64,000 nucleotides of DNA from NCBI GenBank assembly GCA_030141605.1, contig JAQGDQ010000059.1, positions 434,001-498,000 of the forward strand. Direction: 5' to 3'. The stretch is from Tubiluchus corallicola. Lineage: Eukaryota > Animalia > Priapulida. The position numbers and the translations under genes were made by a program. Under the pieces are notes generated by a model. It was given only the letters and a program-made list of their open reading frames with translations. It was not told the origin of the DNA and ran no database searches. Shown here in pieces: positions 13,416-26,200 of this stretch (the stretch's first letter is position 1; every line of letters begins with the position of its first letter).

Positions 13416-14211
13416 TTAATAACAAAATGGCAGCTTTTTCGATTGCTCCTCAAGAGTGTCACGTTTTTTCTTCAACTCTTCAATTTTTGTTCTGATATTT
13501 AACTGCTCAATCGTAAGATCCTCAGCACTATGAAGCTGCAAAAATGACTGAAAAACGCCATCTAGATCACAAATGGCTTCCGTGGCTTCCCTCAGATCAT
13601 CGGAAAAATATGTAGTGTTAACAGTTTCTTTCTGAAATAAACAAGGACAATAATAGGATTATAATTGATTTACTCGAGGGCCTAGTTATAACGTCCTAGG
13701 TAAGATTCCAATCATAACAATACAACTGCAAAAGTGCTACCCTGTTTCCCGTAAAAGGTTCACAGTCACTGATTATTTAAACTTAATGCACATAAACATC
13801 TTTTTTACATCAACTAATTTGACTGCAAAATAATGCAAGAGACACGACACCTGCCGTGTTGAACTTGACACTTACTGCAATATCGAGAACCTCCTCTGTT
13901 TCTTCGCACAACTGATAAAGTTTGTTCACAAATTTTTTTTCGGCTGTCACTGTTGACGTTACATTTGTAGCTAAACTCATTGGTCTTTTGCACAAAAAAT
14001 ATATAGGGCGAGCAGAGTCCCATTTGGAGTCCGTTTTCATGACACTCGTAGAATTGGACTTGCTTTGTAATCCTTTGTGGTATACAAGAGTTGGAAGTAA
14101 GCGAAAGTAATCACTACTAGTTTCAAAACTTCTGCAACGCAACCCTACTGAGACTGATTTCAAACACGTGCCGGTAATGCCACAACAATTATGGGCCTTC
14201 GCTAACGCCAT
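13416..14211 (-). CDS. Small (~183 aa) helical/coiled-coil protein with probable mitochondrial presequence; resembles the plant 'embryogenesis-like protein'/fungal hypothetical family
   Basis: Exon 14211-13876 (ATG ... GCA|GTAAGT, phase 0) splices to TTTCAG|13631-13416 (TAA). The product is MALAKAHNCC...RCRSF...FVNKLYQLCEETEEVLDIA|KETVNTTYFSDDLREATEAICDLDGVFQSFL...IRTKIEELKKKRDTLEEQSKKLPFCY*. The family resemblance is recalled, not searched, and the start codon is uncertain. Confidence 0.62.
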
Positions 14212-16166
14212 CTGAACTAAGTTTATACATCGCTTTGCAAAATTCTCGAGTCTCTGCCGATCTACCTGACTCTCGTTAAATTGGCACAAGAGAGCGACAC
14301 TTTGCAGCCTTTGTTAGGCATGTATTAGGCATAATATGTTAATTTAGAAGAAATTGCTTCAGCAGGCTTATAAGTAAGTAATTGCATCGTGTTAAGAAAT
14401 AGCTCTATTTTTCGAAAAAAGCTATTAACTTTAATATTATAAAAGAAGAATCAGTCAACACTCATTCGAAACACTTGCAAATACCATAGCGTTGGATCAC
14501 ATTGCACACATTTAAGGCTGTAAGACGTACGTGACTCTTCGCACGTAGATCAATTGAGTTTATAGATTTAAATTGTCAATGTGCGCATGCGCTACACGAA
14601 AGTGCAAAATCGTAGCCGCTTTGAGGAGCAAGAAAGTGAAAATTTATGGAACAAGCAGAGGCTGTGCAAAGTTGAACCTCATTTAAAAATCGATCTCAGA
14701 CTACTATGTAGTAAATTTCACAAGCTCCTGAATCTTACTCCATCACTCCCAGCCCAGTAACTCTTAGATGCAGCACAAATCCAGCCCAGGCAGTTAATGC
14801 ATTACAGTGTCAGTCTTGTACTGGACTCTATAGAAGTCAGAAGCCTTAACGGTAACGGTAGCGGCAAACACCACTAGCAGCATTTAACATTTATTTGCAC
14901 GTTCGTAGAGAAATTGCACAAATAATTAATCTGGAGATAATAAACAAAAATTTTTCATATCTAAACAGCTAATGTTCTGTTGGCTGGATAAGAGACCCTT
15001 TGAGAATGGGCTAGACTCTACAGATGATAACAATTCTTGTGAGAACTTCTACGCAGCAAGGTTGAGACAGGGCTTTCTAAATATCCTATTCTCTTTTACA
15101 TTTTTATACCCGCGTAGTACATTCCTCTTACGCATTTTGATTGATTAGCTGCTTCTTGAACTCAGAACTCAAGAGAAGTTTAGTTTATCAGCCAGTGAAT
15201 CAAGTTGAACTTCAACATGCTAATTTAGTTTGGTGCACAAAACTGCAGGTTGAATTTAATATGACTGACTTTTTCAGTTCCGAACATAGTCTGAGCAGCA
15301 ATAGCAGCAACAAAATTTTTGTCACGCAAGTAGCTTACCAAGGTTCATCAGATGTTTTACTTTACTTTTTATACTATGCATAAAAGTTCGCACTTCAACA
15401 GTTTGTCAGTCAGCTTTCATATTAATCCTGTTGCTTCCGTAGGCCAAAACTACATAAAAAGTAGTCTTTAGCCAGAACGGCTATACTCATCATTCTTTTC
15501 ATTTTCTTGTATAAAGATACTTCTTAACAAGTATAAGTGCAACCGTGTAGTTGATTTCTCTCTTCAATTGCATATGCTATCGGTGGCAATGACAAATGAG
15601 GTTTAGCATTCTTTTACGTGTTCGAAACGGGAATTTAGTTCTTTTGTTACTGTATAAACTAACCAGTTATCTTCTATACTGTTTTTTCAGTAGTATTCAG
15701 TGCGGAATCACCAGCCAATATTTCACGTATCGGCTTCTTCTCTTTGTATAACTGTGAACATAAATCTTTCATAGCTCTATTTGCATGAAACAACTAAATG
15801 CACTAGTATCGTTATAATTACATGAATGTTTATTAAAATTACAGCATGTATAACCTATTTACAAATGCACAAATCTTTGCACACGATATATCACATTGAT
15901 GTGTTAATTGTTCACACGATTAATGATGGAATGGACCCATAATTATTAGCTTTGGAAGCATATATATATAAGTTTGAAAGCAAACATAAACGAAAAAGAG
16001 GAAATGAAAAAAGTGCTGGATCATAACCCAAGACAGATTTTTCCTTTTTTCAAATACACCCATTATTAGTTCAGCAAACTTGCAATTACGATTATAAATA
16101 ATTAGTTTAATTAGTTGCTTACAAGATTGTTTTGCTGTTGATGGTGAAACAAAATATGAGGACAGG

Positions 16167-19100
16167 TTAACTAAATATGTGTAATTTATCAAATAATCCA
16201 TAGGCAATAAAATCACCTGGAATATAGGCAGTCTTAAAATCGAACGTGTTGTGGCACGGAAACGTGAAGTTCACGTCTTGGAACGCGGGAATAGAACAGC
16301 TTTTCAGTTTCCGCGTAAGTCCTTGAGATAGATCTTGCCTCAATTTATCTATCTTTTTGTCCATTATATTGGTTTCATTGCTATCATTTGCATTTCCTGT
16401 TGGCTTTAAGACTATTTCTTTGGACACAATATCTAGTTTAGCTTGTGGTTTGCTATTTGTTGATTTCAGAAAAACACCTAGGCGTCCATTTATACCCACC
16501 TCAAAACCAGAGCAGGCTTTTTTGTTTGCAGAGCTGTGACAGAGCATTTGCTCACTTGAAAGACGACAGTTGAGAGCAAAGTTTAGGCCATCTATGGGCA
16601 AAGATGATATACTCATTCCAACAAGTGAAAAACGTGCAGAGGGAATAGAAACTGTTGTAAGTAATGCGCCAGTTTCTTTGTTGTATGCTGTAGATTCACC
16701 AGGGACATCTAACTCACCAAAGGCAACCTCTCCAGCAAAAATGTCATTAGGGCCATGATTCGAAACAGGTCTTATTCTTATGTTAGGTTCACTGGGTAGA
16801 AGGTTATTAAATATAACATTATTGCTCAATATTAGGCTGCACTCGTAAGGCTTTGGAAGTAATCCTGAAGTCAAGATGCCAAAATCTGAAGTTGTTCTCT
16901 CCGAGCACAAAACTTGCAAAATCTCTCGATCATCACCGGGTATCACGCAAGTTTTAATTGTTAAGTATTTGACTTTTGTTGGAATAGTTACTTTAACAAT
17001 CTCATAATGGCTTTTGATATCATGCTTCCGAAAGTATGTGGTCAAAACTGAGTTGAAGTCAATGTTACCCGGTGTTTGTACTTTTACACCTTTGATGTAA
17101 AAAACGCCTTTGTTGAGCATAAGTGAGACGGTCGCTGTGTTTTTTCCACTGTGCAAAGACAATGGTAAAATCGCTACCATGGAAGACCCTTTCGCCGTTT
17201 TTATGGGATCCATTACTGATGAATATCGTCCATTTGCTTTTACAACTCCGTATTCAAAACTTCCATCAATGATTTCCATTTGCATTTTTATGCAATTTGA
17301 ATTATTATGTAAAACAGTCAAATGAGGAGGTCCAAAGATGAGATTCCAAGATAAACGGGCTTGGATCACATTCATCTTCATGGTCAACCTTTGAGTTAAA
17401 ATTTCTCTTAGCAGACCTGGTTTTCCTTCCAAATCACCGTGCTGCTGTGACAACATTTTGTTTATTTGACTTAAGTCAACATTAAAGACATAATCCCAAT
17501 TGTTTGTGATGGAACCAAGTCCATGCATTTCTTTTACCACATGACTCTCAGGAAAGTGTCGAGCATGGGAGCTGGCATCGCTGTCAGGTTCCTGCTCATG
17601 CTGCTTCACCTTCAAATTAGTCTTGCAAGTAGCTATGCCGTCAAAGATTAAACTTATATTCAGTAGGGCGTCCAGTTTGGCATCACTGTTATGCTCACTA
17701 TCTGCGACTGCCAATTCCCAGGTAGCAAATGGGCTAACACTCGTATATGCATCATCTAGCAGAAGAAGGTTAGGCGTAATAACGGTCCTATGATCGACAC
17801 TTTCACATTTTACTAACCATTCCATAGAACATGTTTGAAAGACCTTTATTCTCTGATTTTCATACTTCTGCATCATCTCTTTTCCATGAAATCGTAGTAA
17901 AACGTCAAACATATCTGCCTCTCCCGTTTGTACCCCTTCTATTTGAACCCCAATTTTGGTTAGTTTTATTTGGGAATAATTTTTGAACTCTGTGCAATTC
18001 GGATGTATTGTCAGCAAACACGATTGACCTTTTTTGAAAGACATTCCCATGATCTCTTTAGTGGTGTAAAATATAGGTGTATAGAAGTTTCTTTGAAGAT
18101 GGTCACCATATTCCAAGAGAGCCTCGTTGTTAAGGATGACTGCAGTTTTAAGAGTATCTAAATGAATGTTAGGCGGCACGTGAGAATAACCAGTTTGAAA
18201 TTCTTGTAAAATGTTTTGAACATTGACAACCTTCATCAACAGGACAGCAATATAGTTTCTAATGACTAATGCATTATTATCGACCACTTTTTCAGACGTA
18301 GAAGACTTAGCAAAGTTACATAATCTTATAAGAAAGTTGTTGATGTAATCATGTTGTTGCTTCTGCAATAAATGAGATAGCCATTCTTGAAAACATAGGA
18401 GAGTGCTCTCTAAGGAGATGATGTAATCCATTTTCTCACGATTGTTTGGAATCACCTCTAAAATTTCCACTACACAATTCAATGTATATCGAATATCTAA
18501 AGGAAAATTTATTTGACCAAGATCGATGTCATGCTTTGATTTTTGCATGTTTTCAGAACATGTTAAGTGTGCAATAATTTCCGAGTTCAAGGTTTTCACA
18601 GTTGCACTTAGATTTATACAGATATTGTGAATTTGTTTCATGACTGGCAAAACGTCTTCGCTAACGAACAGAACTTCTGGATCTTCTCGCATCATACAGT
18701 TTAACATGTCAAACAGAAGAGTAACCGTAAAAAAATCACTATTTGAGTCGAATTGGTTCTTCAAATTTTGCTCACACTTTCTTAAATCCTCTACGTGTTC
18801 TTTAAATCTGTTTAACAGGCTTTCTAAAAGTTTTTTACTGGTATTAGTGTCCATAAAAACCAACTCCATGCACTCTCCAAATGTGTTGCACATTCCTCTC
18901 AGCTTTTCTCCTAGAATGTATTCAGGGTTTCTCCTCTCTTCTTGAAACAGCTCTTTGCACCCTATTTCTTTACTAGCTGATCCTAGTTCAGTGAAAATGT
19001 GCTGTGTTTGCTTCTGCAAAGCTTTAACGTGAGGCAGCAGCCTGTTATACGGACAACATGAAACGAATCCTGGTTTATCACCAAAACTAATTTCAACACT

Positions 19101-21622
19101 GCACAGATACGTGAGTTCTTGCTGCAAGCCATCAACACTTTCATCTCGTTTCAGGAATGAAAGTAAGAATTTAAGCCAAGATCCAAATTCAACTGCATAT
19201 CGACGAGAATCACCTCTGTTGTACAAAATAAACAGAAGTATCTTAGGCAGTGACATTTGAACAAAATGTAGCACGTTTTTTCGAACTTGTTCCAGTTCAA
19301 CCTTGTCAATTCTCTTAACAACCAAATCAGCTGTTACATCTTGTGAAGTAAACTGGGTTTGAAAATATACAGAATGTGTAAAGAATGCCATCTTGCCTTC
19401 TGTGTCTTTGATAGAGAGAATCCCTGTGGTGCTATAAGTCAACAAAACAAAATTATCTATTGTTGCTTCTGCCAGTACTAAATTAGGAATTGCCTTCTTA
19501 TTGGAACAAATTAGGTTATGAGAAATCACTGTCACTTTTTTACCTGGTAACTGTACTGCAGCACCTGAGTCAATTTCGACTAGATTTGAAACTATTAACA
19601 ACATGTCAATATTGGTGTGTTCTGATACCCTTATAACCAGTTCATTTAATAACACATGTTCTGCATAAATGACTGTTACCACACTAGCAACGACAGTCTC
19701 TGTGTGCTTCACTAAATTCTGCTTTAGTTCTTGTGAACTTGGTGAAAAGTTCAAGAAGGTAAAGTCTGCAAGTGACTTCAATATTGATTGTTGACTGATT
19801 ATATTGCAACATAAATTCCAATATGGTGCTCTATCTTCTACCAGTAACGAACTAACTGGCACCAAAACACAACTTATTACATTTGAGGAATTGTACTTGT
19901 TCAGATACTTTCGTATTTTTCGTCCCTTGATGTGTGGAGTAAGAATACTGTCAACTTGCGAGATTGTCTCATCAAACCAGATTCCCCTTTTAATATCTTC
20001 CTTGAGTTTCTCATTGTTTGCCACAGATAACAACTTTCCATATTCCTTAACAAAGCCGAACCCTTCAGCCAGATTAGGTATAGAAAAGTTTATAAAGTTT
20101 TCAACAGTCATTGTTTGTTCTTCGCTCTTAAGAAATTCAAAGACTACTTTGTCAAAAACAAACACTTGAAAGACCATATCGCCTTGAACAGCATTGTAGA
20201 TGATATGAGTTCCAAACCTATTTATTGCATCACAAAACGAAACAGCTTCCTCCTCTGCAATAGATCCAATCCAAGGTTTTGCACAGTTCAAGGTGTCAAT
20301 GCAAGACTTCAGTTCCGAAGACAACTCTTTTTCTATTTCCTTTACAGTGGACTTTTCTTCACCATTCCTAATTGTATCCGATTCGACGCTTAGCGAACTG
20401 CCCTGCGCTTGTGAGGATTCCATTAGATAACTGTCATCCTTAGTACTATTTCCTTTTTCTACAACGATGCTTAGATCTCTTAAGGATAACATGCTAAACG
20501 TTCTCAGCCTAGCATCAAACTGCGATTGCTGGAACAGGTCTTGCATTGAACTACCTTGTGCAAACTTTTCTATCAGTTTTTTGAATGAACTGTAGCTATC
20601 TGAACAATCGCTAGTTGTTAGCGAACTTAAGTTTTCTGTTACATCTTCTGAAACATCACTTTCAACACTCCTTGAGTCATCGCCATTATCAATTTTTGGT
20701 TGATGCTTGACTTTAACCAATACGAATCCATAATCGTCCGTTGAAAGTGTAATACCAAATAGTTTTTCTAAAATTTGTAGTAATTCTAAATTTGAGGATA
20801 ACAAGGTGCCCAACTGCCATGCTTTGTGATTGTGGATAATTATGTGAGGATAAATAGCGTTAACTAGTTCAGCTGGTGTCTTATGAAAACTGATTTCTAA
20901 ATTTTCCCATTGAAAATTGCCTGTATCCTGGTTGTTGCCACTAAGGCAATGTGGTCCAATGAAAGCTGTTTCGGTGGAGATTCGAAAACAAGAAGCAATG
21001 TTAGTTGTCTCGAGCTTCGAACGAGATTCCTGAAAAAATCGAAAACTTTAGGTATCAGAAGCATAATACTAGCTAGGCTATTTAACTTCTTAAGAAAGGA
21101 TGTATACGCATTTAAGAAAGAACGTATAATCTTGAGTAGTTATCCTCGACGATTACCTAGGTGGCATAGGTGCAATCCAGCAGACCAACTGTGATATATC
21201 CCCACCTCTTACCATTCGAAATAAATCCCACCCTTATATTCCAGAACTACCTAAAATTAATTACGTAAAACCTTATAGGCAAGACTGCTGATCGAACAAT
21301 ATATTACAGAATTTATAAATAGGACAAACATGCAGAAGCAGAAACGTTTTGCCCACAAAGCCCCCAAAACGCCCTTCCGTTGGGAATTTACATTTGAGAC
21401 ACCCGCGTACTGTTGTGCATCTTTTTGGCGAATGTAATTGCACACTGTTTTATTTGTCAAATGAAATTAAATATTATATTTCATATACAACAATTGTTTA
21501 CTGCTTTGTATTCAAATACGTAGGTTACAATTAATTAAGGTGCCTACGTGCAGATCCTGTGTTCTATTCTTAAGCATGATATAACAAAATTTAATGAGTT
21601 TATTTAAACTTTTACTTACCAT
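16167..21622 (-). CDS. Large (~1620 aa) putative toxin-like protein: MACPF-like motif, helical region, TcA-C-terminal-like domain, P47/TULIP-like C-terminal domain
   Basis: The 1548-aa ORF (TTG start in the track) stays open upstream to the acceptor TTTTTTCAG| at 21029, giving a 4863-nt exon in phase 0. A matching ATG|GTAAGT at 21622-21620 supplies a candidate start. Motifs: FGTHIIYNAVQGDMVFQVF (FGTH at 20205-20216), SPFATWEL (~17712-17735), TNNWDYVFNVDLSQINKML (~17450-17507). The gene itself is secure; domain calls are inferred. Confidence 0.8.
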
Positions 21623-23266
21623 AACGAATGTCTTAGTATAAAATGCACAAAGTTGTCTATATTGAAACAAGCTCGTGTAATGAATTCATTTTACAATTTA
21701 CTGCACTTCAAATTTTCTTTAAAATAATAACAACAACAAAAACCACAGTTTCTGTTCGTCCCATGACCGATATTACTAATGTAAGTGCACGTTCTTACTA
21801 GCTGTTGCATACGTTTCACTGGGTCAAAGTTAAGCTTTTGCGTGCATTGATATTGCCTGAGGTGGAACCGTGATACATTCAATGACTGTTTGACTACAAC
21901 TGGACCTTTGCGGAATGTAAAGAATTCCCATTTCTCGAGTGTTTGTAGAAATTCGTATACAGAGTGCTAGAGAGTAGCATAAAAGTTATAAAGTCAATAA
22001 AAAGCAGGTTTTATGTATTTTGTAGTGACTGCGGCATTAATTATAATGTTTTATAAATTTTATCCAATGTGCGTCAATTGTGATTACTTATAGCTATCAC
22101 AGCCTGCGCAACATATCGTATCAACGTACCGTACAAAAAGCAAATCATAGAATGTGTTTGTTTCGGAAATGCAAAACACAGGCGTTTATTCATCAAACTG
22201 CATTTATGTGAACCAATATTATGCTTACATAGAGAGAGTGTTGCGAGATTTTTTTCAAAATATCCCAAACACTGTAACCTATTCTTTTTCATTCCAGTCA
22301 TAAGGAGTAACGATGGTGGTGGCTACGACACTAATGATGGCGGCAGTAGTAGTGAAATAAACCAGGTAAAAATTAACAAACAAATCCATATAATTAAAAT
22401 AGCAGTGTAAATAAAGGTGACTCGCACATATGAAAGAAACGCCTTTGAAAGAAAGTAAAACAAGTCTTAGTGGTGCAATTACGTGCATGTTTACAATATT
22501 AATTACTTATTTCCACAAAATCGTTATTTACCCGAAAATTATTTATCCTTTTATCCCCTTGTCATCATCACAATGATAATTTCCATCAACATTATAATGT
22601 GTGTCATCACCATCCTGTCAACGTGTCACCACCATTAATAAGAGGATCATTGTCGTCATCATCATAATAATTTTTATCAACAGTATTATCGTCATCATTG
22701 TCATCATCTTTTTCATTACCTTCCAATTCCAATTTACCTCTACCAGTTGCGTTTCAACAATTGTATATACAAAATATGAGACTGTGACGAACACTACAAA
22801 CAGTCTCAAAATTTTATAAGTATGGAACTACTGGAAATTCCCTACATAGAATTGCGAGCTGTAGGCTTTTCAATTACAGCAAACTTCTAAGCCAATAAAT
22901 CAAGAACATATTTGGACTGAAAATATCAACAAATTTGTCCTATACAGTTAACGAAAGTAATAAATTTGGCTTCCTGGGTCTGTACGCAAAGCTCTAGTTT
23001 AACGCAACTATATAGCAAAATACTGTATTGTGCTACAAACAGGAAACGATTTCAAAACGTAAACAATTCACGTAAATACATTAAGCACAATTTTAGGCCA
23101 CTCAGTCATAAAATCCAGTAACAACCAGTAAACAAACCGTTATCACCAAAAAACTACTGGTAACTTCTGACACCAATCAGAGACATAAGCCCCACTTCAT
23201 CAGTTATATCACAATTTTCTTGTTTTTTTGTCACAAAATATTACAAAATGAATGCCTCCATTACGC

Positions 23267-26200
23267 CTATAACTCTGTTGTTGGTAAAGGCCTGTTGTAG
23301 TTCTGTGCTTCTCCCACTTGCGACGTGATATCTTCTGCTTCGTAGCTTGGATTCTCATCGCTAGAAAAAATAAAAGCTTGTAATTGTAGTCGTTTCTAAA
23401 ATATTATGCTTTCACTTAGTTGATATAATTTTTAAGATTGAGATTGGTCATCTAATCTAATGAGGCTGAGCATACTTTTTTGCCTGTAGTCATTGACGCT
23501 GTAAACAACAATTTGGACTTCTGCAACGTTATTGTGGGAGGTGGAAAATTTACAGCAAATTTGCCTGTAAAAGTTATCCAGTACCGAAACTCATTTCGGC
23601 CTGGCAAAATTTACAATTTACCAGAAACTATGTCAGGTTTTCTTCATTACCAATTTAACAGTAACCTCCAAAAGTTATTAAACTGTAGGCTACAGTTACA
23701 GCACGGAGTACGAAAAATGTAACTAATGAAATTGTAAGAAGATGAAAGTATACACATGTGGTTTCGAGTACAGGATTAATTTTGCCAACAAAATTGTTTT
23801 TATCATAGCCACCATAATCACAAAATGCTAAGCCTGTTAAGCAGTTAATCTGTTACTCAGTTTACGTAGTATTAAAGGATTACAAAAGTAAAAACTGTTC
23901 ACATGATATCCATTTTTATTCTTCGTGTCAAATCTACATATCATCTAGAAAATATTCGTCAGGCCACTTTAATGCAAAGTAAAATATCCTATTTTCAAAA
24001 TTTATATGTATTGTTGAATGTTTACTAATCACAACAGCATTCTTAAGCTTAGACAGAAATTACCCTAAAATATCTTCTCTTGTATTATTTTTCTGTTCTG
24101 CGGGTGGAAGCGTCGGTTCTGCTACGTTCTGTACTCCGTTATGGTTCGTCTGTGACAGAGAACCATACTGAGAACAAGGTAAGCCTACATGTGGATCACA
24201 GTGTGACTTCACGTTGTGAGCCTTTTCTTCTTCATGTCCTTCTTTTTCCTCAATATATATCTGTTTGGGATATGACCCTTCCGGTGGAGAATACGTTTCA
24301 ATGCGTTTTTCTTTACCCTGTGTGTAATTAAATGCACAATGGAGGCAACATCCACGATATTCTTTTTTCACATTATTATAATGTTCAATACAGGTCGCAT
24401 TTTTCCATCCATTTTAAATTGGCTTGTTGTCCTTATTGTAAATACGATTATAAGTTAGTTCACGATGATGAAATTAACCAAAAATGACACTCGCAATAAG
24501 CCCACAATTGATGTTTTGAAGCAAAACTTGCCCGAAAGAAGAGAAATGTGAAAAAAGCGGGACACTGCCAGGATTTGAACCAGAGGCCTCATGTTTATAA
24601 TTTCCTTCCATCTTTTACCCAGCAGGTGCCTGGTTCAAATACAAGCTGTGTCTCGATCATTTCACGTTTATTTTCTTTCAAGCAAGTTTGATTTCAAAAT
24701 TCAGCAGTTGTGGGTTTATTCCATCATTATACGTATAGGAATATTCTTGAAAATAATATTATGAATAATGAATTAGTTTACGGTTAGAAAAGATTTGCAA
24801 ACCAGCTGAGCTTTCAGTTAAATTTATTTTAACAATCGTGACTATTTTACAGGTCTTTTTTTGTTCTTGCGCTACAAATGCCTAAATTATTTCGATTTCT
24901 TCGCAAGGTGCATTTGAAAGTATAAAAGTACTAAAACAGCAGAAAATATTGCTTTAAATAATTATTTTTTCGAAAAAGTGTGTATAATTCATTGATACTA
25001 ACTTCTAGTTATACAGGGTAGCGTCTTTAATGCTATATGACACTTATCAAAATAACAAAACATATACACATTTTTACGTAGGCCTAAGTATAAAGGACAC
25101 GATACTACCTAATATTGGCTATATTTAATAAAATAATGTTATCTGCAGTTCGACGCTCTGTAGCAATAGTTAAAAAACAAATAAGATAGAATAAAACGGA
25201 GCAGAACAGAATAGAATACTATCACTACTCTGTAGACAAATGTAATGTAAGACAAAATTAATTATATTATGGTTTCACAACAAAATTGTCGCTAAGGACA
25301 TAAAAAACTATTTAGCAAAAAAGCAAGTTTATAAAATGAACTAAACAGACAAGTTTTTAATGTACAGTAGTTAACATAATAAGTATACGTCGTAGAAATA
25401 AATAATTACCAAGTATATTATTACAAAGCAAAGGCCCGGTTGTAGGCCTTTATAGTATTGTATTACTATTAAGACCGTATACGTAGTATACATATACGTA
25501 TAATGTAGGCCCGTAATAATAACTTTATGGAAACCATGAACTACATGTATCATGAATCACTTTTGCTAAATGAACACGACCTAATCTTTATTCAAAGGTA
25601 ATGTTATTATAATTTGCACGTAAATTGCCATCGAAATTAATTAACGGTTAGATCTATGTGCTTCTTATAAATCCTAAATTTTTGTATTACTAAAGGCAAA
25701 GGAACTATTTTTTTCATATAGCATTAAAAGCTCATGTACAGAGAGCTTTAATTGTTATTAAATGATCTTGATCTATAATAAACGACAAAAAATATTTCTT
25801 ATCTATTAGAGATTAAGAGCATTTTTGGCAGCACTGGCTGCACTCTGTACCCGTCCTTGTTGCCGTTTCATTTGTTCCCTCAATTTTCGGTAGAAGATAC
25901 ACGATCCCACAATGCACAGGATAAAAACAACGCCACCTACAGTCACAATCACTGAACCTGTGATCATAATCGCCCTGAAAGGTAAAATGAATTATTCATG
26001 TAGTTTACACGTGAAGCAAAAGTAATTAAGTAAGTGAAAGCACAATGAAACAAAAAACCTAGACAAGCATTAATAGCCTTTTTAGTTCAATAACCATGGA
26101 ACGCCGACGTAGAATTTAATGCTTATTTTTTACATTAAAAGTCATTTATGAATGTTAAAAACCATTTATGAGTATTCAAAATTGTTTATTAATATTCAAA

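Noticed and set aside
16357-20393. Short + strand ORFs inside the large gene
   Set aside because: Antisense shadows of the long minus-strand exon.
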